A stretch of DNA of 64,000 nucleotides, taken from NCBI GenBank assembly GCA_016297535.1, contig JAEDGL010000001.1:1078-65077 (forward strand), given 5' to 3'. Position 1 is the first letter of the stretch. Each line of letters opens with the position of its first letter. Below are positions 56,401 to 64,000 of this stretch, piece after piece. The stretch is from Clostridia bacterium. GTDB lineage: Bacteria; Bacillota; Clostridia; Christensenellales; Aristaeellaceae. Under the pieces are notes generated by a model that saw only the letters and a list, made by a program, of their open reading frames with translations, searched no databases and was not told the origin of the DNA. The position numbers and the translations under genes were made by a program.

Positions 56401-56868
56401 ATGCCTCACCAACAGGGCATCAAAATCATTGCCCAAAACAAAAAGGCGTATCATGAGTATTTTGTGGAGGAAACCTACGAGTGCGGTTTGGCGCTTAAGG
56501 GTACAGAAGTCAAGTCTATGCGTCAGGGGCGCGTAAACCTGAAGGAAAGCTTCTGCCAGATCCGTTCCGGCGAAATCTTTACCGAGGGAATGCACATAAG
56601 CCCCTACGAGCAGGGCAGCTTCAGCAATACAGATCCGCTGCGCCCCAAAAAGCTGCTCATGCACAAGGCGGAAATCCGCAAGCTGAGCGGCCTGGTCGCG
56701 CGGCAGGGCTACACGCTGATTCCTCTCAAGGTTTATCTGAAGGATGGGCGCATGAAGCTGGAACTTGGACTGTGCCGCGGCAAGCATCTGCATGACAAGC
56801 GTGACGCAGCCGCAGAACGCGACGCCAGGCGCGAGATGGATCGCGCTGTTCGCGAACGCATGAAATAA
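56401..56868 (+). CDS. smpB: SsrA-binding protein SmpB
   Basis: ATG 56401 follows AAAGGAGG. ...IAQNKKAYHEYFVEETYECGLALKGTEVKSMR... Confidence 0.95.
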   Translation: MPHQQGIKIIAQNKKAYHEYFVEETYECGLALKGTEVKSMRQGRVNLKESFCQIRSGEIFTEGMHISPYEQGSFSNTDPLRPKKLLMHKAEIRKLSGLVARQGYTLIPLKVYLKDGRMKLELGLCRGKHLHDKRDAAAERDARREMDRAVRERMK

Positions 56869-56892
56869 GCAAATCGCTCAGTGGCTACACAT

Positions 56893-57240
56893 GGGGGTGT
56901 TCTGGTTTCGACGGGAGTTGACGAAGGTACGGTAAGCGAGCCGCGGCCCCTGAACCGCGAAACAACGGGGAAAAACAATAACTGACAATAGCGATTTCGC
57001 TTTCGCGGCCTAATGGCTGCGCGTTGGCCTCAAGCGCCCACAGCTTGAGTAACCAGCGTCATTAAAGTGGGGAACGAGCACGCCAAAGCTTTGAGGCGCC
57101 GCCCGTAATGATGAAGCTACCGATGGCGTAAGCCTGTTACGAGGCGTACGCAGGGGGGAATCCCAAAATCGTGACTGCGCTCGGAGAAAACCGTATCGGC
57201 GTGCTTTCGGACGGGGGTTCGATTCCCCTCACCTCCACCA
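56893..57240 (+). ncRNA. ssrA: transfer-messenger RNA (tmRNA, SsrA)
   Basis: 5' GGGGGTGTTCTGGTTTCGACGGG. Acceptor stem GGGGGTG pairs with CACCTCC, followed by ACCA. T-arm GGGGG-TTCGATT-CCCCT. Tag reading frame GGA...GCGGCCTAA (56969-57013) encodes GKTITDNSDFAFAA. It lies 24 nt downstream of smpB. Confidence 0.92.
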
Positions 57241-57242
57241 AA

Positions 57243-57266
57243 CCTCAGCAATCGCTGAGGTTTTTT
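57243..57266 (+). terminator. intrinsic terminator after ssrA
   Basis: CCTCAGC, loop aatc, GCTGAGG, followed by TTTTTT. Confidence 0.85.
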
Positions 57267-57385
57267 GTTATGCCAAGGCTTGCAGACCAGAAAACAGGAA
57301 TTCGTGCCTGGCCCGGGAGTGAATGACAGTCCTGTGGACTGGCAGAGCCGGGCTGACCGGGCGATGTCGAGGCGCGAGAGGAGAC

Positions 57386-57402
57386 TCCCCTATGCTCCAC
57401 CA
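57386..57402 (+). repeat. degenerate direct repeat of the tmRNA 3' end (possible relic att site)
   Basis: TCCCCTatgCTCCACCA versus TCCCCTcacCTCCACCA at 57224-57240. 14 of 17 positions are identical, as a 6-mer plus an 8-mer in register. Confidence 0.45.
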
Positions 57403-57474
57403 TCACGAAGCGCTGATCCCGATACAGAAGTCAGCGTTTTTTTGCATTTGGGCTGAAAACCACGATGGCCTCTC

Positions 57475-57503
57475 TTGAAAAGCGGAATGGGATAGGGTAT
57501 AAT
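57475..57503 (+). promoter_or_regulatory. near-consensus sigma-A promoter for the surface-protein gene
   Basis: TTGAAA (57475-57480), 17-nt spacer, TATAAT (57498-57503). Confidence 0.6.
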
Positions 57504-57604
57504 ATATTATCTTGATGATACATGGGCTGCGCCCCGGTGCGCGGCAGGAACAGGCGGGCACAGGGTGACCGCAAACATCACAAGGACAAAGCGAGGACGA
57601 AGCC

Positions 57605-59668
57605 ATGAAGAAAACCATTCTGTGCCTCCTGCTGACGCTGGGCCTGCTGCTGCTGAGCGCGGCGGCGATGGCGACGAGCGACCCGGACAATAATAGTTTT
57701 GATATTGAAGAGGGCAATATCACCATCACGGATGGCAACAATCCGGGTACCATCAAGGTGCTGTACGGCGACAATCAGCAAAAGGACAGCATTAACCCGG
57801 AATCGGTCATCACTGTTCAGGGATATAATCCTCCGAACGGGCTTCAGCTCAGCATCGAAACAGAAGTACCTGTGAAAATCCGTTATTCTGTTAAGCTCGA
57901 AAGCATTAGCAATGTCTATCCAATGAGCATTGCCGCCAATGCCGATGTTACATTAGAGCTTTTTAGCAGTCCTATCTTTTTGTTTGGAGGGAATGACCAG
58001 CCTGCCATCACGCTCCGCAGCGGCAGCAAGCTGACTGTCAAAGGCGCAGTGGACAGCCGCGAAGAACTTCGTCTGTACAGCAGCCAAAGCGCCATCCTTG
58101 GCCCGAACAGTGACAAAATCCCAGCTACGGTCATCCTCGATTCCGGTATCGTGCATATTCATAGTGATTCCGGTTCCGGCATCAGCGGAAACGTCAACCT
58201 CGTCATCAACGGCGGTCAGTTCGTGGCCAACGGCACAACCATCAACGTCAATAGCCTCATCGTCACCGGCGGCGAGCTGTGCGCGGGGTCGGACAGCAGC
58301 ACGAAGGTCACCTATGATGGCCTGAAAAACAACCCGGACAGCTATTCCAACATCCATTACGCTGCGAGTATTCTGCCCCATTCGGTGGATAACTACGGAG
58401 AATTGATTGTTTTCGACGAGCTGACGCTCCCGGTAGACCTGACGATTCCTGCCGAAAAGACACTGATCTTGGCTTCTTACCATGACAGTTCTCTGACCAT
58501 CCCTGATGACAGGAGTCTGACCTGTAACGGTACGATTTATATCTATACCGGCTCTACACTGACCAATAACGGTACGCTGACCATCAAGAACGACTCATTA
58601 CTCACTGGTAAGATGACGAACACCGGCACGCTGATCATCAACGAACACAGCTTAAAGATGTGCGAAGGTTGGGTTTTTGGCACTCTGAACAACACCGGCA
58701 CCATCAGCGGCAGCGGCTTCATCAATCCGCCACTGACCCAGAATCAGCCTAAATTCCTCACGATCGAGAGCATCGAGAACGGCACCGTTACGCTGGCTGA
58801 GGTTGAAGCCGGTATCACCGACGCGGAGTACAGCAAGGACGGTACGAGCTGGCAGAACAGCCCGGTGTTTGAACGTGTGGATTTGAGCGCGGGCCAAACC
58901 TTCTACGCCCGGTACAAGGCGAACAACTTCTTCAATGCGTCCGGCGAAGCCAGCATCACCGTCTACCCCGTCAGTCTGAACGCCAACGGCGGCACGATTG
59001 CCAGCGGCAAGGATGTGGGCTACTACATCGCCGGGCAGTCCACACCGCTGCCGACGGATACGGACGACGTGAAGCGCACGGGCTACACCTTCGCGGGCTG
59101 GTATGCCGACGAGAGCTGCACCGGCAGCCCCGTAACCGCCATCGGCGCGGACGAAACAGGAGTCAGGAAATTCTGGGCGGGCTGGATCGCCGTGCCCGTG
59201 ATCACCTCCCCGGCGAAGGACACGACCGTCACCGTCTACGAGGGCGAGCAGGCGACGATGACCATCAAGGCGGAGAACGCGGTAGTCTATCAGTGGTACA
59301 TGAGCACCGACGGCGGCGTGAGCTGGACGGACTGCGGAACGAACAGCCCCTCCTACACCACCGGCCCCACGAAGATGGAGAACAACGGCTATCAATACAT
59401 GTGCGTCGTGACCGGCTCTACCGAGCTGAAGGGGCAGGAGGAGATTCCCCCGGAGGGCGCGCAGATGTCCCTGCGCAGGCGGAGCCGCTCGACGGACGAC
59501 GGCCTGCCGGACAAGGGCCCGGCGGTGGAGAGCCCCATCTTCACGCTGGAGGTCATCCGCAAGGGCGCGATCCCGCAAACCGGCGACAGCAGCCCCCTGC
59601 TGGGCTGGGCCGCGCTGCTTGGCGCGTGCTGCGCGGGACTTTGGTGCCTGAACAGAAAGCGCGCATAA
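57605..59668 (+). CDS. LPXTG-type cell-wall-anchored surface protein with beta-helix-like region, Listeria-Bacteroides (Flg_new) repeat and Ig-like domain
   Basis: 687 aa. Signal peptide MKKTILCLLLTLGLLLLSAAAMA. ...NANGGTIASG...GYTFAGWYADESCTGSPV...FWAGW repeat. C-terminal sorting signal IPQTGD, a hydrophobic helix and NRKRA. Confidence 0.85.
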   Translation: MKKTILCLLLTLGLLLLSAAAMATSDPDNNSFDIEEGNITITDGNNPGTIKVLYGDNQQKDSINPESVITVQGYNPPNGLQLSIETEVPVKIRYSVKLESISNVYPMSIAANADVTLELFSSPIFLFGGNDQPAITLRSGSKLTVKGAVDSREELRLYSSQSAILGPNSDKIPATVILDSGIVHIHSDSGSGISGNVNLVINGGQFVANGTTINVNSLIVTGGELCAGSDSSTKVTYDGLKNNPDSYSNIHYAASILPHSVDNYGELIVFDELTLPVDLTIPAEKTLILASYHDSSLTIPDDRSLTCNGTIYIYTGSTLTNNGTLTIKNDSLLTGKMTNTGTLIINEHSLKMCEGWVFGTLNNTGTISGSGFINPPLTQNQPKFLTIESIENGTVTLAEVEAGITDAEYSKDGTSWQNSPVFERVDLSAGQTFYARYKANNFFNASGEASITVYPVSLNANGGTIASGKDVGYYIAGQSTPLPTDTDDVKRTGYTFAGWYADESCTGSPVTAIGADETGVRKFWAGWIAVPVITSPAKDTTVTVYEGEQATMTIKAENAVVYQWYMSTDGGVSWTDCGTNSPSYTTGPTKMENNGYQYMCVVTGSTELKGQEEIPPEGAQMSLRRRSRSTDDGLPDKGPAVESPIFTLEVIRKGAIPQTGDSSPLLGWAALLGACCAGLWCLNRKRA

Positions 59669-59678
59669 ACAACAGGCT

Positions 59679-59715
59679 ACACAGGCGGGAAGGACATCTT
59701 TCTGCCTGTGTTTTG
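59679..59715 (+). terminator. intrinsic terminator after the surface-protein gene
   Basis: ACACAGGC (59679-59686) pairs with GCCTGTGT (59704-59711), with additional inner pairing, followed by TTTT. Confidence 0.75.
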
Positions 59716-59890
59716 CTGTTCTGTTTTCGTAAGTTCGCCGTCAGGCCTCACTTTCAGAAAGAGGCTGTGAATAGCCCGATCCGTTTTCCTTTGCGCGTTT
59801 TGCACCCACCCAACCGAAAAATGCACCCAATTTGCGGGTGCCGTTTGATCTTGCGCGTTGTATCAAAATGTGCGTCCTTTGCCAAAATTT

Positions 59891-59956
59891 CCTTCCTCAA
59901 CTTTCTGTCTTAAAGGCAGTTATTTGAGGAAGGGCTTTATTTTTGCTTCTTTTTTG
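59891..59956 (+). terminator. orphan terminator-like long hairpin with T-rich tail
   Basis: Perfect 10-bp arms CCTTCCTCAA (59891-59900) and TTGAGGAAGG (59924-59933), with an inner 5-bp helix, followed by GCTTTATTTTTGCTTCTTTTTT. No credible ORF lies upstream of it. Confidence 0.5.
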
Positions 59957-60057
59957 ATATGATTATGCCGAAGCAGGATTACCGCAGCAAAATAAAAGCT
60001 TGTTCAAGCATCCTTTTGCATTTCAAATCGCTGTGTCGAACTTACGAGGAAAGAAGA

Positions 60058-60368
60058 ATGTCATCAAGCAAATCGTATCTGGATTTTATAATGGATCAGC
60101 TTTCGGGATTGGAAGGCGTATCCTGGCGTGCCATGATGGGCGAATACATTATTTACTATAAAGAAAAATCATCGGCGGGATTTATGATGACCGTTTTCTT
60201 GTTAAGCCAACCAAACGGGCGCGGGCTTTGATGCCCGAGGCCGGCATGGCTTTGCCCTATGAGGGAGCAAAAGAAATGCTGCTGGTGGACAACGTTGACA
60301 GCCGTTCTTTTCTGGAAATGCTGTTGACCGCTATGTATGATGAGCTTCCTTTTTCCAAAAAGAAATAG
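60058..60368 (+). pseudogene. TfoX/Sxy N-terminal-domain family gene with a -1 frameshift in an A5 run
   Basis: Frame 1: MSSSKSYLDFIMDQLSGLEGVSWRAMMGEYIIYYKEK, then nonsense. From 60168 the next frame reads IIGGIYDDRFLVKPTKRARALMPEAGMALPYEGAKEMLLVDNVDSRSFLEMLLTAMYDELPFSKKK*. Adding one A to the run at 60164-60168 restores a contiguous family-typical protein of about 103 aa. Confidence 0.8.
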
Positions 60369-60517
60369 ATAACTATTGGCAGTTTCACCCTGTTTGAGAA
60401 AGCCGCACCTGATTTTTTGTGAATACTGGCTTCTTTTTGCCGAAAGCGCACGCATTCGACCTAAGTAGGAAAGGGCGCGTGATAACAGCAATCTGATTTG
60501 GATGGGAGACAATCAAA

Positions 60518-60994
60518 ATGGCAAATGAAGAAAAGAAAGATTTTAATGCAATGCTCCACGACCGCAAGGATATGCCCAAAATTCAAACCATTACGGACCA
60601 GCGGAGCATCCAAAAATATGGCGGAAGCAGAATGTATTTTGCGCCGCCCAGCGATTATGATGATATCATGAAGAAAATTCCCTACGGCAAGCTTACGATC
60701 GTCGGAAGGATAAGAGAGTATTTTGCCAGACAGTCCGGTGCAGATTTTACAGAGCCAATCACTGCCGGAATATTCGTGTCGATTGCAGCGTGGGCCAGCG
60801 AGCAGCGCTCAGAAAACATTACCCCCTACTGGAGAACGTTAAAAGCAAACGGCGAGTTGAACCCCAAATATCCGAAAGGCATACTGGCGCAGAAAGAAAA
60901 GCTGGAAGCCGAAGGACATACGGTTGTCCAGCGCGGAAAAACCAACATTCGATACTACGTAAAGGATTATCAAAACGCACTTTTCGATTTTTGA
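60518..60994 (+). CDS. MGMT-family (alkyltransferase-like DNA-binding domain) protein
   Basis: 158 aa. ...IPYGKLTIVGRIREYFA... and ...ITPYWRTLKANGELN... correspond to the MGMT DNA-binding-domain pattern without the PCHR active-site Cys. Confidence 0.7.
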   Translation: MANEEKKDFNAMLHDRKDMPKIQTITDQRSIQKYGGSRMYFAPPSDYDDIMKKIPYGKLTIVGRIREYFARQSGADFTEPITAGIFVSIAAWASEQRSENITPYWRTLKANGELNPKYPKGILAQKEKLEAEGHTVVQRGKTNIRYYVKDYQNALFDF

Positions 60995-61058
60995 CAATGA
61001 CCGGCAATGGAGAAAGCGCCCAACGCGCCTCCTCTTTGCACCATGCTTTTTCAAGCCA

Positions 61059-61089
61059 GGGGCCGCAGGATAAGCCGCGGCCCCTTTTT
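61059..61089 (+). terminator. intrinsic terminator between convergent genes
   Basis: GGGGCCGC (61059-61066) pairs with GCGGCCCC (61077-61084), followed by TTTTT. Confidence 0.8.
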
Positions 61090-61091
61090 GA

Positions 61092-63581
61092 TTACTTTCC
61101 CAGCACCTGTTTTGCGGCCAGCACAAGGAACATAAAGTTGCTGGATCCTCCGCCAAGAACATATTCCGTCTGCTGCCACAGAAAAGGCCAGTCGAGCAGC
61201 TCCGGGAAATCCGGACGGATAAGTGCCGTACCGCTGATAACGCCACCGGGCGTGTAGGAAAAATCAGCACGGTTGATACCATAGGCGCAGGTCGCACTGT
61301 TCGTTCCCACACCGCTTACAAAGCTGATGCTGTTGTTGCCCGGATGACAGCCAAGCACAAAGTTGAGAGCGTTTAAAATCTGGTCTGTTCCGAACAGATC
61401 CGGCATGGCCCTGTGCAGATAATAGTACTCCACGCCAAGGCGCTGGATATCCCACCCCGCACCCCAGATATGAGGCCGGTACGGGATGCCATAGGGCGTT
61501 TCCGCGCTAAGCTCCTCGTAATGCCTGTGCAGTATGGCAAAGGGTTCGCGCAGGCTCCTGACAAAGGCCGCATCATCAATGGCAGGCAAGGCTTTCGCAA
61601 TCATCCAGCCAAGCTTTTGCATGTGTTCTTTGATCAATTGCGTTTCGCCAAGCAGATGATCCCTGTATTTCCTCTCCCCTGTCGTAATCAGCAGCTCGGC
61701 CGCCGCACGTATTTTGGCCGCACGCGCGCCGTCGTCGCGCACCTGCGTAACAGTATACAGTTCCATTGCAGCGCTGAGTGCATCCGATGAAAGCGAATCG
61801 TTGAAGCCCTTCATGGCGCGGGAAATGGCGGCCAGCTGGCTTGCGGTGATCAGCTCGCGCTCGGGGTTGTCCTCCGTAAACACCCAGCGGTCATCCTCGT
61901 TTCCCTGCAGGTTATCCGTCATGGCGGAGGGATCGCCCAGCAGCACGTACTGGCGCAGGCTGCTGCTGATGATGCCGCGATAGAGGCGTCCCAGCGCACG
62001 GTAGCCGCCAAGCACGCTCAGCGTGCCGTGCTCAATCTGCTGGAGAATGTCATTTTTTCCATCGGGCTGATGAATCTCTGTTACCTTGCAGCTTTGATCA
62101 ATGGTCGTAGCATCGTAATCCACTCCGAAGGCTTCATAGGCCATGGTAAGGATGTATGCTTCGCCAGCCTGAGACTCAATGCGCAAATCAAAATCGCCCG
62201 CGTCATGCCACCCGCCCACATTGAGCCCTGGAACGCTGTCACCGGGCTGATATCTGGTGAGCGTAGAAGGCCCCTGCACGTAGCCGTCAATGTGATTGTA
62301 ATGGGTGGGAGCCATTCGCGCATCGTCGTTGTGGCACAAATCATGCCAGACGCGATATTTCTCGTTTACGCGCATATGGCACATCTGTACCGGAAGAAAG
62401 TATTCCAGCACGGGTTGCCACACGCCGCGGTCGTACACATCCGCTGCAATACGAAAAGCGGAGGAAACCGAAGTTCCATAGACAAGGCGATACATCCCCT
62501 CGTCCACCCAATCAGAAAAGTCAAATTGCAAATAGCGGTAGCGCAAAAAGACGCCCCACTCCTTGCCGGTCAGCTCACAAACGGGCTGCCAGCCGGTTTC
62601 GGTCAGCCTTTCGAGGGTGGCGGGCAGGATGTTTGGATCGCGCTGATCCAGTTCTACCACAGCTCTCTTGGTCTGATTGGGCATATAGCCAACCTGAGAC
62701 AGCTGTACCACAGGCGGATAGAGCCAGTTTTCATCCACATTGGGGGTAATAATCCACTCCACCGCCGCTTCGGAGACTCCTTCCGGAATTTCGGAGCTAA
62801 GCACAAACCAGCCGTTGTTGTGATTCATTCGTCCATCGTAAAGCCTGAGATCCGCCTTTTTCGTTTCTACGGTAAACCGGTGCAGCGCATCATCCGGACG
62901 CACAGTAAAGCGCCGTCCCACTGCATAGGGCTGTGCAATCAAATCATCCGCAATGATGGGATTGTATGCCGTGTGACCGCCCGAGAGAAGTTCGCGATCA
63001 GCGGTGATCCCGGGCAGGGGACGGAGTGTTTCACTTATTTCGTAATTGGAGGATTGCTTCCGTACAGGTCCGTTGGGCTGGCGCGGAAAAATTCCCTGCT
63101 TGCCGTCCATCAGCCAGGGCTGTCCAAAAAGATCCGCCGGAAACAGCTCCAGATTAAAGCACAGCTTTCCTGCGTACTCACGCGGAATGGGCCTATCAAG
63201 ATCCACCGTTACGCGAAGCTGATTCCCCTCTCCCCTTACAGTTACGCTGTATGAAAAGGCATAGTCGGGATAGATCATGGGATTAAAGCCTTTGAGGTGA
63301 TTGTCCATATCGGGATAGCTGAGATGCGTGACAATGGCGTTGTTTTCCGCATCCAGCATACGTTTGCCCTGCCTGGGCAGCGGCTGCCACTGGCCGGGCG
63401 TCTGCTCAAAACGGACGTCGCCGTTGGTGGCCACGCGGCTGGCATGCATCAGTATGCTTACGCCGCTTTGGTGTCCGGCGGGATAAATATCGTCAAACGC
63501 CATCACATCTACGCCATGGTTGCGAAAATAACCCTTTCCAATATCCAGAACAAAGCCCTGCTGCCGGTTGATTTGGGACAT
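61092..63581 (-). CDS. glycoside hydrolase family 9-like protein (cytoplasmic, with extra N-terminal domain)
   Basis: 829 aa. AGGAGGAAA RBS and no signal peptide. CelD_N-like LSQVGYMPNQTKRAVV, catalytic-type GGWHDAGDFDLR, and a C-terminal ...WQQTEYVLGGGSS... region. Confidence 0.7.
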   Translation of the reverse strand: MSQINRQQGFVLDIGKGYFRNHGVDVMAFDDIYPAGHQSGVSILMHASRVATNGDVRFEQTPGQWQPLPRQGKRMLDAENNAIVTHLSYPDMDNHLKGFNPMIYPDYAFSYSVTVRGEGNQLRVTVDLDRPIPREYAGKLCFNLELFPADLFGQPWLMDGKQGIFPRQPNGPVRKQSSNYEISETLRPLPGITADRELLSGGHTAYNPIIADDLIAQPYAVGRRFTVRPDDALHRFTVETKKADLRLYDGRMNHNNGWFVLSSEIPEGVSEAAVEWIITPNVDENWLYPPVVQLSQVGYMPNQTKRAVVELDQRDPNILPATLERLTETGWQPVCELTGKEWGVFLRYRYLQFDFSDWVDEGMYRLVYGTSVSSAFRIAADVYDRGVWQPVLEYFLPVQMCHMRVNEKYRVWHDLCHNDDARMAPTHYNHIDGYVQGPSTLTRYQPGDSVPGLNVGGWHDAGDFDLRIESQAGEAYILTMAYEAFGVDYDATTIDQSCKVTEIHQPDGKNDILQQIEHGTLSVLGGYRALGRLYRGIISSSLRQYVLLGDPSAMTDNLQGNEDDRWVFTEDNPERELITASQLAAISRAMKGFNDSLSSDALSAAMELYTVTQVRDDGARAAKIRAAAELLITTGERKYRDHLLGETQLIKEHMQKLGWMIAKALPAIDDAAFVRSLREPFAILHRHYEELSAETPYGIPYRPHIWGAGWDIQRLGVEYYYLHRAMPDLFGTDQILNALNFVLGCHPGNNSISFVSGVGTNSATCAYGINRADFSYTPGGVISGTALIRPDFPELLDWPFLWQQTEYVLGGGSSNFMFLVLAAKQVLGK

Positions 63582-63850
63582 GGTATTTCCTCCTGTTTGG
63601 TTTTGAAAAGATCTTTTGACATCATTGTACCACAGCCGGATATTGCAGGCAAGAAAAATGGCTGTCCTGCAGGAAAACCGTCTGTCAAAAAAACAACAAT
63701 TTTGTTTTTCAATTGTACTCTTTTTTCGTGTTTTCTATTGCTTTTGCATGGGAATTGGTGTAATATACTAACTGTATGATGCGGGTAATAGGGCTTCCTG
63801 TTCCTGCCAAACAATCAAATTACATTTGAAAGAAAGAGGTTTCATGTACC

Positions 63851-64000
63851 ATGGCGAACATCGATTTGACTAAGTATGGTATCACCGGAACGACTGAAAT
63901 CATCCACAATCCTTCTTTCGAGGTTCTGTTTGAGGAAGAAACCAAGCCCGGTCTGGAAGGCTTTGAAAAGGGCCAGGTTACCGAGCTGGGTGCTGTTAAC
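63851..64000 (+). CDS. pckA: phosphoenolpyruvate carboxykinase (ATP), first 50 codons, truncated by the window edge
   Basis: [50 protein letters not shown] is the characteristic PckA N-terminus. AAGAGG RBS. Confidence 0.9.
   Translation, partial: MANIDLTKYGITGTTEIIHNPSFEVLFEEETKPGLEGFEKGQVTELGAVN

Noticed and set aside
57505-57604. Possible c-di-GMP riboswitch in the surface-protein leader. It contains GCACAGGG and CGCAAAC, reminiscent of GEMM-I, and GGGCAC, reminiscent of class II.
   Set aside because: The two tetraloop/receptor hairpins that must follow these motifs in class I, and the class II pseudoknot partners, are absent. The matches are short, so this is reported only as an unassigned structured leader.
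58652-59913. 308-aa minus-strand ORF (58652-59578) and 206-aa plus-strand alternative-frame ORF (59293-59913) in the GC-rich 3' part of the surface-protein gene.
   Set aside because: Both have Arg/Ala/Gly-rich translations typical of off-frame reading of GC-rich coding DNA. The plus-frame one also runs through the gene's terminator.
60790-61312. 155-aa plus-strand and 157-aa minus-strand ORFs bridging the MGMT-like gene, the terminator and the GH9 3' end.
   Set aside because: They cross a strong intrinsic terminator (61059-61089) and overlap well-supported genes out of frame.
1-64000. Searched for CRISPR arrays, tandem repeat arrays, IS elements or transposases, tRNA/rRNA genes, and toxin-antitoxin or defence-island gene pairs.
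   Set aside because: No non-coding gap exceeds about 400 nt. No regularly spaced direct repeats were seen, and no transposase, nuclease or helicase defence signatures appear in any ORF. The only tRNA-like T-arm (GGTTCGATTCC) belongs to the tmRNA.

Overview
Densely coding, mostly syntenic chromosomal segment from a moderately GC-rich, spore-forming Firmicute. The class Clostridia with an Oscillospiraceae-like gene content is my inference from yabP-yabQ-divIC, a SpoIID/LytB protein, Rnf, fhs, and the dprA-topA-trmFO-hslVU and dxs-tlyA-nadK-argR-recN blocks. I call about 57 protein genes, one tmRNA (ssrA) next to smpB, one ZTP riboswitch in the fhs leader, a LexA (Cheo) box, several consensus sigma-A promoters and about 17 intrinsic terminators. 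I found no CRISPR array, transposase, prophage, tRNA/rRNA gene, or recognisable defence or toxin-antitoxin module, and no convincing multi-gene novel system. Nearly all long unexplained ORFs are codon-aligned antisense shadows of real genes. The features that depart most from expectation are: (1) a 1368-aa single polypeptide that fuses two complete GT-C membrane glycosyltransferase modules, each preceded by a lectin-like ecto-domain; (2) an rnfC-D-E-A-B operon with rnfD and rnfE overlapping by ATGA and no rnfG; (3) a MurF-type ligase whose N-terminal domain is replaced by about 5 transmembrane helices; (4) a trmFO-hslVU block where the usual recombinase slot holds a lipoprotein of alpha/beta-hydrolase fold with Gly at the nucleophile position, and no codY follows; (5) a small AT-richer accessory patch downstream of ssrA, containing a degenerate copy of the tmRNA 3' end, an LPXTG-type surface protein, a frameshifted TfoX-like gene and orphan structured non-coding DNA. 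All product calls rest on my reading of the translations and remembered family motifs. No database search was run.
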